Source: Eledone cirrhosa
Lineage: Eukaryota
Direction: 5' to 3'
Length of the DNA: 60,680 bases
NCBI GenBank assembly: GCA_964016885.1
Contig: CAXHJY010001009.1
Location: 1 to 60,680, forward strand
Both the position numbers and the translations under genes were made by a program. This document shows, piece by piece, positions 40,787 through 57,062 of the stretch. The notes beneath the pieces were generated by a model. It had not been told where the DNA came from and ran no database searches. It worked only from the letters and a program-made list of their open reading frames with translations. Each line of letters begins with the position of its first letter. The stretch's first letter is position 1.

Positions 40787-41528
40787 TATATATATATGCA
40801 TATGTGTAGCGAAATCTGTCCACACGTTGATCCCTGGGTTACATTTAATGGTCATTTTCTGGGTTATCTCCTTTTTGGGCATCAACTGGTCTGAGATCAG
40901 GCCTTGGAGACAGAGGAAGAGACATAGATAAATAGTCTTCAATCAGGCCAAGCAGTTTGGAGCATTTCTTGGAGTAAACATGTAAACTATTGCTTTCCAC
41001 GGACTCGTTTGGTCTCACTAACTCTTTCTTTCTCTCAATCTCTATCCCTTGGTTTCTCTCTCAACCCAGCCAGTGAAGTTCATGAAGCTTTCTTAATAAA
41101 TACGACTTCAACTGTACTTTTACAAACAAACAAATAAGGTCCATACTTCCTGTGTATTTTTCATATAGCTTCGGTGTAAGCTATTTTCAATAAATTAATA
41201 ATATAGTGGTTTTGTGTTATTGTGGTTCATTTATATATATTCCTTTTCTGCATGATCAAGGAACTATCATATCATCATCATCTTAATGAACACTTACTCA
41301 CTTACCTTCACACATGCAACCTGTGGTCATACTATCACACAACAGTGACCACATCACACAGCAACAAATGAACCAACACTACAACACAATCAACTACCAA
41401 CATGACCCTCAAATTATTGCTATATATGTACACAGGCACATATGATGGCTGCTCCCTCGTTATCGAGTATGACCATTGTACGAAAAAAAAAAAAATTTAT
41501 TAAAAACAACAACAATAATAATAATAAG

Positions 41529-41562
<34 letters not shown>

Positions 41563-41619
41563 CAGACGCACACACATATACATACACACACACAAATATA
41601 CACAATAACAATTAACGGT

Positions 41620-44575
41620 GCTGCAATCGAATGTGGCTTTTTAGCCCAGCCAATGATCTAAAATGTCTTACACAGAGTTGGCAACCAAAACATTTACTGG
41701 CACTAGCTGGATGTGGTTGGATTTCATGTAGTTTTGCATGTCGTTTGAGCCCTCCTGTTGATCTACACTATCTACCACATGCTTGACAAGCATGATGAGT
41801 AGCATCTCCAACAGCAGCCTCGTAGTCAACCACTGGTCTCACTTTATGACTGCGAAGATGACTTTCGAGTCCAGCTTTGTTGAGGCAGATTACGCACAGA
41901 CGCTACATGTCAGCGCCATAGGAGGACCTTTGCTGTCTGGAAATGCAACAGCAATGCCCTTCCTCACATCCCTTTTCACTTTCTCGTATGCTATTCGAGA
42001 TGCTTCAAAAGCAACTTTCCCCTCATGTACAGTCTTTCTCCATTTATTACGATCAGCAGCAATATTTTCCCATGTATCAGCAGAGATGTTAGCATCTTTC
42101 AAAGAGGCTTTCAAGGAATCCTTATACCTCTTTTTTGGTTTATGTGGAGGTCGTTTTCCTTTAACCAACTCTCCATAGAAGAGTTGTTTCAGTATTCTAG
42201 AATCCTTCATCCTGGCAATGTGACCACTCCATCGGAGTCTTTGCTTAAGCACAAGAGCTTCTATACTTTCACACAGAGAGCTTTCCAAAATCTCGACATC
42301 ACTGATATGGTCCCTCCAGTGAACGCCATGGATCCGCCTGAGACAATCTGATGGAAATGCTCTAATTGTTTAAAGTGGTCTCGATATGTGACCCAGGTCT
42401 TGCAGGCATAAAGAAAAGAAGAGAGCACACATGCCTTCTACAACTTTACCTTTGTCTTCTTGCATATGTCTCGCCGACCCCAGAGGGCCTTTCTAGCTTT
42501 CCGACAGGATCACTTGCTTACCTAATCCTGAGTGGAATTTCATTATCAAGGTTGCTGTATCAATTGACAGTGCTTCTCATGTAGACAAACTGATCAACCA
42601 CTCCAAGTCGTTTGCCATACACATAGATATTTGGTTCACTGTACTGCTTACAAGGGACAGGTTAGTATATGACGACGGATTTCTTGAGACTCGCAATTCC
42701 TGAATGCAATATAGAAAACCATTGTAAAGTATATGGCAAACAGGGTTGGCGCTGGAATATCCCTTTGTTTCACTCCATTATTTACTGAGATAGGCTCCGA
42801 CATGTTACCTCTGACATTAACCCAAGCCTTCATGTTGTCCTGGATAGACCTAACCAAAGCAAGGAACTTATCAGGGCAACCAAGTTTCTCAAGAACCTTC
42901 CACAATGCATTTCTGTTAACAGTATCGAAAGCTTTTGTCAGGTCGAAAAAAACTTGATATAGATCCAAACCTTGTTCCATGCACTTCTCTCGGAGCTGTC
43001 TAGCTGAAAAGATCATATCAGTAGTGTCATGTCCAGCACAAAAACCAAATTGACTTTCAGGAAGAACACAATCTCCAATGTGTCAGTAGACGGTGCAGAA
43101 GAACACTACATAAAATTTTTCCTACGACAGAAAGCAATGATATACCACAATCATTCTTGTTACCCTTCCCCTTGTACAAAACTACCATTACTGCATCCCT
43201 CCAGTCCTCAGGTACGGATTCACTAGCCCATATGGTGCCAAACAAAGAGTGAAGATGTCACAGAAGTCTCTTACCACCATATTGTAAGAGCTCTGCATGT
43301 ATGCTATCCATACCTGGAGACCTTCTACTGTTCAGCCTCGAGATAACTACTGCAACCTCCACAAGGTTTTTCAGGAATAAGATTGAGGAAATCTTCATTG
43401 ACAACAGAGGGCTGATTCAAAAGTTCATCAAAGTGCTCTTGTCACCTTTGCAGAATTCCTTGTGAGTCACGAAGAAGTTCCTTGCCATCCTTGCTGAGAA
43501 GGAGTGTCACCAGAGAAGAAGATGATCCATAAACTTCATGCAAGAGACTGTACAACAGCTTTGTGTTATTGGAATCTGATGCTGCTTGTATCTCATCAGC
43601 CTTCTCACTCCACCACTTATCCTTCATCTGAGAAAGCCTCTGCCTCACATGGGATTTCACATCCTTGAATTCTTTATGCAACATATTCTTCTGTGGTTTT
43701 GCTGCCAAGTGACAGAGCATGCATCTTATCAGCCAACAATTCATCTATATGTTCACCATTTTCATTAAACCAGTCTCACATGCTTTCTCTGCACCAATCC
43801 CAGAACATGCCTGCCTACATCATAAACTGACTTTTTAAGGGTCGGCAAATCCTCACCAAAATCAGCAACATGCATCTCTTCTCGCAATGTCCTCTTCACA
43901 CTATTATCTCTAAGACGAGCAGCATTCAGTCTCCTAGACAGGGTTACACCAGGAGCCTGGATTTTACGTTTAGTGATAAGTTTCACTTTTGCACGTACGA
44001 AGCCGTGGTCCGTCCAACACTCAGCCCCATGAAGAACACGGACACACTGCACATCCCGTCTGTCACGCACCCTGACAAGGATTTAGTCCGAAAGATGCCA
44101 TTTCTGAGATGCAGGATACATCCATGTGGTCTTAAATTTGTTCTTTTGCTAGAACATAGCGTTGGTAACACACAGATCCAGCTCCTCACACATCTGCAGC
44201 AGGAGCATAGCATAAGATTCCTGTTACACTTTCCCACCCTATGCCTTCCGATTACATTCCATGTGTTAAAATCCCTACCCACTCTAGCATTAAAGTCACC
44301 AAGTACGATGACCTTGTCTGCCTGAGGGATATTTCTTAACACCTTTCATGGTAGAAAGACACTTTTTCTTCATCAACAGAATTCATAGTTGGAGCATACA
44401 CACTCACCAGGGCTGCATAACATCCTTTGCCCAGCGGAATTCTCATGGACATAAGACGCTCACTAATCCCCACCGAGAATTCTTCCAATTTATCCACAAG
44501 AGCAGTCTTAACAGCAAATGTTACCCCAGCTTCTCTTCCTTTCCAGAAGAATATATATTTTCCACAGCCAATATT
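41620..44575 (-). mobile_element. Degraded RTE (BovB-like) LINE: APE, RT and C-terminal C2H2 fingers
   Basis: VSVYAPT, LGDFNARVG, WTDH, MIFSARQLREK, FFDLTKAFD, RLRWSGHIARM; many frameshifts and deletions. Confidence 0.9.
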
Positions 44576-46218
44576 AAATGCTTTGTTTGGTTCATATATA
44601 TGGCACATATGTATGCATATGTACACACACACACACACACACACATATAAATGTCTATACACACACACATATATATATAGTGAAATCATACAGCATATTG
44701 TGTGTTCAATTCTCATCCAGGGAGGTACATTGTGTCCTTAAGCAAGATACATCATTCCACATGTCTCTAATCTCCACAGCTGAAAAAGACAAGTAGCAGA
44801 ATTAGTTGGAGATTTAGCATGGGCTGGAATATTCTCCGCCTCCAGCCTTTTCACTGCAGCCACAAACCCAGGCTTCACTGCCTGTAATAGAGAAAAGAGG
44901 AAAGGAGTTAAATAGCGGGGCCTGACTAGCCACTACCTCTTTGTCCCCACACTACTGATTTCCACCTCAAAATTAAAAAGACAACAGTCCACTTGAGAAA
45001 GTAGTTACGTGAGGTGGAGTGGATGTTGCAGTGGGTGTCTCTGACTATTCTCCCTGGTAACACCTTTGACATTTTGTCTATTGGATGGGGCTGAATCACA
45101 GCTCAGATTGAAATATAACACCTGTCCCTCTTCCTCTCTCCCAACATATTCGTTGCTTGATACGTATTCTTTTTTTTTTCTTTACTTTTCCATTTCTTAA
45201 ATATTTTATTTGTTTTGTTTTAATATAAACAGTTATGTAAAATCTGAGTAACGAATATCAGTGAAGGTTTTTCTAAATGTATTAAATTATGTAGGGGACT
45301 TTTAAGTCATGACACCGGCTGCAAGTAACCAATAGAAAATTATCATCTACATCGGCTCCATTGTTACAACTTATACCTAATCTAATTTTATCTTTTATGG
45401 TGATTATTTCATATTAAGGTGAACGTTAATGTTTATAAATATCATAAGGTGAATTAATTACCTTATAGTTGTTGTTTTATCACCTGTATTATTAAATATT
45501 TCATTTCATCACAAACAACCCCAACATCGTGAAGTGGTTTGTTCAACATTTTACAGGACAGGAAAATATTATTTTAATCAGAAATGAGTGAACATTTAGT
45601 TTTTACTAAATTTTCTTGACTTTATATTTCGTCTTGAAAACTAAAGTACATATTATTTCGTTTTCCATCACAGCACACACATTGTGAACTCCTACTATCT
45701 GAAGTGAAATATCTTGATTTATTACAACACGTACACATATTTCTACACACACACACGTCTATTTATTTCTCTCTCTCTCATACGTACACACTGTATGTCT
45801 ATATATATATATATTAACTTTCGTCTTATGTAATTATGAATATTAATTCTCTTGTGACCTGAATTGTCCTCAATAACAAGGACCTTAACTTTCGAAGCCT
45901 TATTCGTTGTTTAATGAGCTGAGGATTTTAGTGTGAATAGAACTTCTCTCACCTTAACAAAAATAATCACACGTATGTATATATATATATATATATTTAA
46001 GACTACCTTTTTCTTCACCCAAGATCAACTTTACGCTCTCGTACGTCTTATTATTGTACCAATTGAGTGTTACATTACAATTTTGTAAAAGAAAGCCGTG
46101 TCTTTTATGGACTCTGTTGTATATTAGACTACATGGTATCTATTAACGATATCTACATTTCTTAATATATGAGTAAAAGTGGTGAGAATCCTTTATGTAA
46201 AGATCAGTAGCTAGAAAT

Positions 46219-47935
<1,717 letters not shown>

Positions 47936-48681
47936 AACCCCATTATTGAGAAATTTAAAAAACACATATATAGACACCCTGCAAGCAAGAATATATAATG
48001 TGAAGCTTGAGAAATCCTTCTTTTATACATCTCAAAATATATATGTGTGTGTATATATATATATATATGTACATTTTATTTTTATTTTTTAATATATTAC
48101 TCAAAGGGAAGAAATATACTCCCATATAGCGATGCTTGCCGCAATAACTAGGGAGTGGAAGACAATATATGCTGGACATTGCTACTGAAGGTAGGATGAC
48201 CTGATGCACTGGCTCCTGTGGTGGATACCTAAACATAGTAAGGCCCTAGTGGGATGACGGAGATCGTCCTTCATAGATCAGATGTCTCTTGATGTCCAGC
48301 TGGAGATTAATGATCTCAGGAATGCCATGGAAGATCTTGATATCTAAAAGAGAAGAGTAGAATTGTTCTGGCAAATCCACCTGACCTCATAAATAATATT
48401 GTTTCTTCTATTGGCACAAGGCCAGCAATTGCCCAGTGCATTACTGGTACTTTATTTTATCGACCCCGTAAGGATGAAAGGCAAAGTTAACCTCGGCGGG
48501 ATTTGAACTGAGAATGGCAAGGGCCGTAACTCTATGCGTCGAAGCCTGGCGTCCGACCCTCTACCGTGACAATAATAAATAATATTAATATATATTAATG
48601 AAAAGTAATTATGGTGAAATATTTCAGAAATTATTTTCAGAGGTTTTGTTATGTAATCCACAAATACACTCTGTAGAAAGT

Positions 48682-51600
48682 TGGTACCATGAACGTAGGC
48701 ACCTTATAAGGCCGCTCTAACAAGGTTGTAGAATTGCTTGAACGTAAGGAGGTTGATGTTTGCTGTATCCAAGGGACCAGGTGGAGGGGCGGGTCTGCTA
48801 GATTCATTGTGGGTAAAAAACGTTGCTATAAGCTTTTCTGGGTGGGAAATGACAATGGGATAGGTGGGGTAGGAATCATGTTAGCAGAAAAATGGGTGGA
48901 TAAGATAGTAGATGTAAATAGAGTGAATGACAGAATAATTAAAATAAGACTTGTTCTAAACAGAACTACTGTGACAGTAATATCTGCATACGCGCCCCAA
49001 TCCGGTCTGCCTGGCGCTATAAAAGACAGATTCTATGAGACACTGATGCTCACTACCTCCCAAATAACCAACAGTGACTATATAATTATTGCTGGCGACC
49101 TAAATGGCCACGTTGGACAACATTGTGACGGCTATGACGGAATCCACGAAGGCTATGGGTTTGGTACTAGAAACGAGGAAGGCTCCTGGAATTCTGTGAT
49201 GCAAACAACCTAACTATCTGTAACACTAACTTCAAAAAACGAGACAATCACTTGATCACCTACAGATCAGGGGAACATACCAGCCAGGTAGATTATATCC
49301 TTACCAGAAGACGTGACAGAGTGTCTGTTGTAAACACTAAATCCCTCCCCCATGAAGAATGCACCTCCCAACATAGACTGATAATTAGCGACCTCATAGT
49401 CAGGATGAGACGTACTAGACAACAGAAGAGGACTATCCTCAGGAGAAAAATATGGAAGCTAAAGGATCCCACAGCCAGAAATAAATTTCAAAGCATATTA
49501 CTTGATGCTTTCGACAGTAAGGAAGAGCAATTAGAGTCGTACAAGGTAGAGGAACAGTGGGAATTACTGAAAGCAAACCTGATGATGGCGGCAGACGAAT
49601 TCTGTAGGCCGGAGGAGAGTAACATGGTGGTGGAACAGTAAGGTGGAGGGGTCAATCAAGGCCAAAATGCAGGCTTGGGAAGCATGGGGGAAGTAGAGAA
49701 GACTATCAAGTGGCCAGGAGGGAAGCTAGGAGACAAGTGTACTTCGCAAGAAGGGAAGCAGAGGAAAGAAAGTTCAAGCATGTTCTACAACGCGAGGACC
49801 AAAAACGTGAGGTGTTCAGGATTGCTAGGCAATGTGTCAAGGAAAACCATGATATTGTCGGGGAGAAGTGTGTGCTTAACGATGATGGCATACTTGCCAT
49901 CACCGACGCTGATAAGAAGGTAGCTTGGAAGTGTCACTACGAAAGGCTACTAAATGAGAATAAATCGGAGAAAGACAGTCTCCCCCACATCGACCCAATA
50001 GAGGGACCAGTAGTGTTAGTCGAAGGTAGTATAATAAGTAAGGCAATCAAAGATATGAAGACGGGTAAGGCGGCTGGGCCTTCGGAAATAGTTGCTGAGA
50101 TGCTGAAAGCCTCTGGAACAGTGGGACACACCATGGTCACCCGGATAGTTAACCAAGTCATACAGAATCGGGTTGTTCCGAAGGACTGGCGTAGCAGCAT
50201 CATCGTTAACTGCTACAAGGGTAAAGGAGATGCCCTAGATAGGAGTAACTATAGAGGCATTAAATTAATCGACCAGGTCATGAAGGTCACGGAAAAAGTA
50301 ATAGCGCAACTAATCAGAGAGAGAATTGATGTAGATGAAATGCAGTTCGGGTTTGTGTCAGGCAAAAGTACCACAGACGCTCTTTTCATTGTACGACAAC
50401 TACAGGAGAAGTACCTAGCTAAAAGTAAACCCCTATACTTAGCTTTTGTCGACTTGGAGAAAGCCTTGGACAGAGTCCCCCGTTCCATTATCTGGTGGGC
50501 TCTTAGAAAACTAGGTGTTGACGAATGGCTTGTGAGAGCTATACAAGCCATGTATAAAGAAACAGTCAGCAAGGTTAGAATTAACAACGAATATAGTGAA
50601 GAGTTTAGCCTAAAAGTTGGTGTCCATCAGGGCTCTGTTATTAGCCCCCTACTATTTATTGCCCTTCAGGCTATAACAGAGGAGTTCAAGACCAGCTGCC
50701 CATGGGAACTCCTATACGCAGATGATCTAATGCTCATAGCTGAATCAATGGCCGAGCTAGAGAAGAAATTCCAAACATGGAAGCACGGCCTAGAATCAAA
50801 AGGACTTAAAATTAACCTGGCTAAGACTAAAGTTCTAGTTTGTAGGAAAGAAAATAAGGCGCCGGTCCCTTCCAGGAAATGGCCATGCTCAGTGTGTAGG
50901 AAAGGCGTAGGTAGAAACTCCATTTTATGTCCCAAATGCAAAGTATGGGTACATAAAAGATGTAGTGGGATCACAGGTAAGCTAACTAAGAACACAGATT
51001 TTACATGTGGCCGGTGCTCTGGTGCAATAAGTAGCAGCAAGTGCCCACAAAATACTAGCTCTTTCAATTGCGCAGAGGGTTCTATAGAAATAGTGGACAG
51101 CTTCCGTTACCTGGGTGACAAAATCAGCAGTGGTGGAGGGTGCTCTGAAAGTACAGTAGCTAGAGTCAGAACTGGATGGAAAAAGTTCAGAGAGCTTATA
51201 CCACTATTAGCCGCTAAAGGGTTCTCCCTAAAAATGAAAGGCAGGTTGTATGATGCCTGCATCGAACAGCAATGTTGCATGGCAGTGAGACCTGGGCATT
51301 GTGTGCAGAGGATATACGCAGACTAGAGAGGAACGAAGCTTGCATGCTCCGCTGGATGTGTAATAGTAATATACGTGAACGGCAAAGCATAAACGAACTA
51401 AGGAAAAAATTAGAAATAAGAGGGATCAGATGTTGTTTACTCGAGAGAAGGCTACGTTGGTATGGTCACGTGATGCGCATGAAAGCCGACAGCTGTATAA
51501 CAAAGTGCAGGGCAATAAAGATAGATGGTAGCCACGGAGTAGGCAGACCCAGAAAAACCTGGGACTAGCTGATAAATTCCGACCTCACACACACCTCTCC

Positions 51601-52160
51601 AAGACAATATCACTGGACCGAGACCTTTGGCGGTACTCAATAATAGAGAAGACCCGCCTTACCTAAATACAAAGTAAAACCTACTACAGTCAGTAGGCAT
51701 CTCTAACAAAATACACCCCCGTCACACCACCCCCACCCCATCCACACCGCCCCTTTCAATGTAAAGTTATGTTGGTGCCACAACATCCAGGCCGAAACAA
51801 ATGAGATCGTGTAGGTGTCACGACAAAAAACACACAGTCCATGCTGTAATGTGGCCGTGTAGGCAACACGGTAAAAACCTCCCAGTCCCACACTGTAAAT
51901 GTGGTTGGTGTTAGGAAGGGCATCCGGCTGTAGAAAACCCGCCAGACAGTCCATGCTGTAATGTGGCCGTGTAGGCAACACGGTAAAAACCTCCCAGCCC
52001 CACACTGTAAATGTGGTTGGTGTTAGGAAGGGCATCCAGCTGTAGAAAACCCGCCAGACAGTCCTATGCGAGCAAGACAACCACTCTTGCCTCAAGTGGG
52101 AAAACTCCCGTCCAAACCCATGCAAGCGTGGAACATGGACGTTAAACGATGATGATGATA
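48682..52160 (+). mobile_element. Near full-length RTE LINE (APE + RT with PHD-like insert), frameshifted
   Basis: GTMNVG, SAYAPQ, GDLNGHVG, QVDYIL, SQHRL, NYRGIKL, QFGF, AFVDLEKA, VHQGSVISP, YADD. The 3' UTR has a ~111-bp tandem duplication (~51835-52060) and a (GAT)n tail. Confidence 0.95.
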
Positions 52161-52288
52161 TATAATTTCTATATATATATATATATATTAATTTCTCTAT
52201 ATATATATATATAATTTATATATATATATATTTCTATATATATATATATATATTTCTCTCTATATATATATATTTCTATATATATATA

Positions 52289-54207
52289 CTAGCAGAAGTG
52301 CTCGGGGCTCGGCCTCTTCATTTTCCACCAATGGCAGCAAACGTGTTGTTACAAAAGTTCATGCTTTGTGAAAACAGAGGGGGCTAAAATCATTAGGCCT
52401 CGTCATGAAGCGGTATGAGTACAAAGCCATACATGAAACAGTTTTAGATGTCGCAGCAGTGGGCTCGTTTGGTTTGCACTGAGGAATGCCGAAATGGTAG
52501 CCGTCTTTTCCGTATGCAAAAAGAAGGGGATACTGCAGGGCGTCGTAGGAACGATGTGTCTCATTAATACGTTGAAGACCACTGTCACGGCTTTGAAGAA
52601 CTATGTCTCGCTTATTGTGCTGTTCACCATGGAGAAATACAGCCACTTTATTGCACGAAGGAGCGTTATAACGGCGTGCGTGCTCTCCAGAAGGTCTTTT
52701 GTCAGCATCGATGACAATGGTGAAGTTTGGTGAAGGAGCTGTTGTGCTCATGAAGCATGTTTTGCAGACTGAGCAGCACGTCCCTGTCAAAGTTGTCAGC
52801 GTCATTGTTTGCAGGTGGTGGAATAACGCCAAACCGCACATCAACTTGCCTACTGTAGTTCGAAATAAAGTAAATTTGAAGGAACGAAGGCTTGCAATTT
52901 TGTAGTGGCTGGAGCGACCCAATAAGATGGTACACCTGCCCCTGGACCTTGAAAGTAGGCATCCAACCACTTTCTCTGACAACGTTAGCCCCGAAAGAAG
53001 TCATCTGAAACGCACAATTGTATTTCCCGATGATCTGAAGGAATTTGGATGACCTTGAGGTATAACCAGTCAGTAGTTCCTTCAAAGGCTCTGGCGGTTC
53101 CGGAAGAGGGGGCAAGGTGACCTTACCATTTAAGCAGCACATTGCAGGTGGCTCCCCAGCCCACTTTGTAGCATAGCAATTGAAGCGCATCTCGCCTATA
53201 TTTATGTCAGAGCGCATCGAGTAATTAACGTTTTGCTCATACTTGAAAGCCCGTAGGTGCCAGTAAGGGCTGTTGGGGCTCGTCACACCGCGTGCAGCTT
53301 CTTGCCGTCGACTGTTACGCTTGAACGTAGAACATTGGTCGTGTGGTTGGTGGGAAGGTCTGGCAGCAATAGCAGAAGCAACATTTGCAATGCTAATGGA
53401 CCGCCCGTCTGCATCTTCAGAAGCCATGGAAGTAGTCATAGCCGCAGCGTTCGTAGGAAGGCGAGCCGTCCGTTGTTTTAAACGTTCCAAAGACCTGGAA
53501 GCAGCATTAGTCGCAGCGTTTCTAGCCAGGCGCTTCGACCTTTGTTCACGGCTCTCTGAAGCCCTGGAAGAAGCCTGGTATAAAGCCATTTTGGCTAGGC
53601 GTGCGGTGCTCTGTTGGAAACTTTCAGCGGCTCGACATTCTGCTGAACGTAAGGCTGTCTGTGAAAGTCTTGAAGCATTTTCCTCAGAGGACTCGTTTGC
53701 TATAGTAGCCTTTTGCGCCACTGCTGACGCGGTATGTCGACTGAAGCGACTTCTCTTTTTAGGTGGCATTTTATGTCCAAAAGAAAGGGTGAAAGTTACT
53801 TCTACAGAAAAATTGACTTTGAAAGTCTACTGTCTGTTTATGAATATTGTTATTGTTGTTGTTATACAAATGTTAGTAAGTAAATGGGTATCGAAAAATA
53901 AAGGGTGAAAGTTACTTCAACATAAAAATTGATTTTGAAAGTATAAGGCTGATAATTGAATGTAAAAAGATTGATAAGAAAGCCCCCCCCCCCCCCCCCC
54001 CAAAAAAAAAATGTACAGGTATTTGTATGTATGTGTGTATTTTTATGTCGAAAAGAAAGGGTTAAAGTTACTTCTACAGAAAAATATAGTTTGAAAGTGT
54101 AAGGCCGATGTGTGTGTAAATTAAGTGACAGGTATTTGTATGTATGTGTGTATGAAAGTGTAAGGCCGATGTGTGTGTAAATTAAGTGACATGTATTTGT
54201 ATGTATG

Positions 54208-54239
<32 letters not shown>

Positions 54240-54888
54240 TGTATGTATGTATGTATGTATGTATTAAAGGTTGAAAGTTACTTCAACATAAAAATTGACT
54301 TTGAAAGTATAAGGCTGATAATTGAATGTAAAAAGATTGATAAGAAAAGCCCCCCAAAAAAATTTACAGGTATTTATATGTATGTGTGTATTTTCATGTC
54401 GAAAATAAAGGGTTAAAGTTAGTTATACAGAAAAATTTAGTTTATGCTATTGTTATTTCTAAAACAAACTGTGTATGCGTTGATTGATTGAAATTCCCGC
54501 GTTCCTGTTTCTATGACGTCAATCGTAACCATACCAACATATATGTGTGTGTATGCACCCACATATATGTGTGTATATGTTTTTTTTTTAATGTTTCTCT
54601 TTTTCACAAACACTTATAAGAGAAGGTAGCAATTTTAAGGGGAGGTGATGAATCGGAGTAGATATAGGAAACGCATATCATATGAGAGAGGAGAAATCAT
54701 CGATTGTTGAAATAAATCGATTTTTCCGTAATTGTGGCATTTTTTACCCAATAAGATCGCACATGACACAAGTTAGAATATTTGTAAACATTCTGCTTAA
54801 TTATTCATTCAATATTTTTGGAATTGTGTAAATGTATAAAATTGAAATATACATACAGACACAAAAATCTACCTTTTATACATAATGA
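52289..54888 (-). mobile_element. Helitron internal-deletion derivative carrying the N-terminal part of RepHel
   Basis: CTAG end at 52289 and TC start near 54888. ORFs 52702-53769 and 52359-52982 give CCLNGKV, YNCAFQMTSFG, FKVQGQVYHLIGSL, HARRYNAP and HRSYDALQYPLLF. No HUH or helicase motifs are seen. Confidence 0.9.
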
Positions 54889-55139
54889 TAATTTCTCTCT
54901 CTATTTCTATATATATTATTTCTCTATATATATATATAATTTATATATATATATATATAATTTATATATATATATATATATAATTTATATATATATATAT
55001 ATATATAATTTACATATATATATATATAATTCTATATATATATATACATGTATATATATATATATTTCTCTCTATATATATACATATATGTATATATATA
55101 TATATATTATTATTATGTAATAAACAACATAAGGCAATT

Positions 55140-55201
55140 ATTCCATTTACCAGTGGTTTCTTAAAAGCAAAAGGTTTTGCTTTCAATCCTCAGAATGAAA
55201 A
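55140..55201 (-). ncRNA. Type I hammerhead ribozyme (downstream pLTR)
   Basis: UUUUCAUU-CUGAGGA-UUGAAAGCAAAA(cc)UUUUGCUUUUAA-GAAA-CC(acu)GG-UA^-AAUGGAA. Predicted cleavage between 55148 and 55147. Confidence 0.85.
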
Positions 55202-55409
55202 ATCCTGGTTTGTTTATTGAATATGGATTCTAAAAACGAAAATGCAATCTATATGAAAGTGAGGCTGGAAAAGGGAGAAGGAAAGGAAAAATAAAATAAA
55301 ATAAAACTACACATGCAAACACACACAAAAAAACCCAAAAGCATACTTACACACACACACATATATACACATATAATTTGCACGCATACACATATACACA
55401 TACACATAC

Positions 55410-55466
<57 letters not shown>

Positions 55467-55567
55467 CACATACATACACATATATATATATAAAGAGCGT
55501 ACACCTACACACACATACACATATATATACACACATATACACATACATATATTCATACATACACACG

Positions 55568-55601
<34 letters not shown>

Positions 55602-55623
55602 TATACATACACATGTACATATC

Positions 55624-55663
<40 letters not shown>

Positions 55664-56108
55664 CATATACACACATATACACATATACATACACACACAC
55701 ACACATGTGTGTGTACAAGCCTACACATACACACACACATATATATACACACACATATACATACATTCACACAAACATACAACGTACATACATACATACA
55801 CATACATGAATGCACTCCACTACATATTAACACACGCAAATAAATATAAGAAAAAAATATATAAATAATATTAACAAATATTTGACAGCGATACATGCCC
55901 CAGCTAACAGGACAGACACGCGTGGTAAGTAATACACACATAAGCGCATATACATACGTTCGAAATAGTAAACACATACACACACTCTCACACATAAATA
56001 TACATATACAAATACATAAACACGTACATACACATACATACGCAAACACGTACACGTATACAATATAAACACACACATGTATATGTAATTATATACACAC
56101 ACACACAC

Positions 56109-56153
<45 letters not shown>

Positions 56154-56433
56154 CAAAATATAAAAATATAAACGCACACACACATATAAATACGTAAACA
56201 CACATATACATACATAGCTAAACAATTATACACATGCAAATACGTATATATCAAAAGAACGCACAACCAAATACAAACACACACACATATATACACACAC
56301 ACACACCCACACACAAACCCACACATACATAAAAATAAATAAAAACACACGCAACATATACATACATACACATACATATACATATATACATATATACATA
56401 TACATATATATATATACACATACATATACACAA

Positions 56434-56467
<34 letters not shown>

Positions 56468-56607
56468 ACGTACACATACACACATGCATACACATACACA
56501 CACACATATACATGTGTGTATGTGTAAAGCTCAGTATTAGATAAGACAAATGAACCTTACATAAACGTATATATAGTAGTAAAGTAATAAAGCCATACAA
56601 GGCAATT

Positions 56608-56669
56608 AATCCATTCACCAGAGGTTTCTTAAAAGCAAAAAAAGTTTCCTTCAATCTTCAGAATGAAAT
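56608..56669 (-). ncRNA. Diverged hammerhead copy (GUG at the cleavage site)
   Basis: UUUCAUU-CUGAAGA-weakened stem II-GAAA-CC(ucu)GG-UG-AAUGGA. Confidence 0.6.
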
Positions 56670-57062
56670 ATACAAATATATACACACATACAGACACGCA
56701 CACACACATATATATATATACATATATATATATATATGTACATATATATATATATATATATATACAGACATATATACATACACACATATATACACACACA
56801 TACATATACATACATACATACACATATATATACATACACAAACATACACGTACGCATATACATATATACACACAAAAATACATACACATACACATAGGTA
56901 TGTGAAGGGCAAAACAAAAAGAATATATGGGGTGGGGGGCCTAGAGGAGGTAAAAATATAAAGGGAGGTAAGGGAGAAAAAAATATTTTTTAAAAACAAG
57001 AGTACAGAAGGTAGAAGCAGCAAAATAAAAGCCGTAGCAAAAGTAAAGAGCAGAGAAGGAGT

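Noticed and set aside
53273-53908. 211-aa plus-strand ORF
   Set aside because: Antisense shadow of the Ala/Ser/Arg-rich Helitron N-terminus.
55249-57023. Cys/Val/His-rich ORFs, also at 59524-60676
   Set aside because: CA/TA low-complexity sequence within the PLE repeats.
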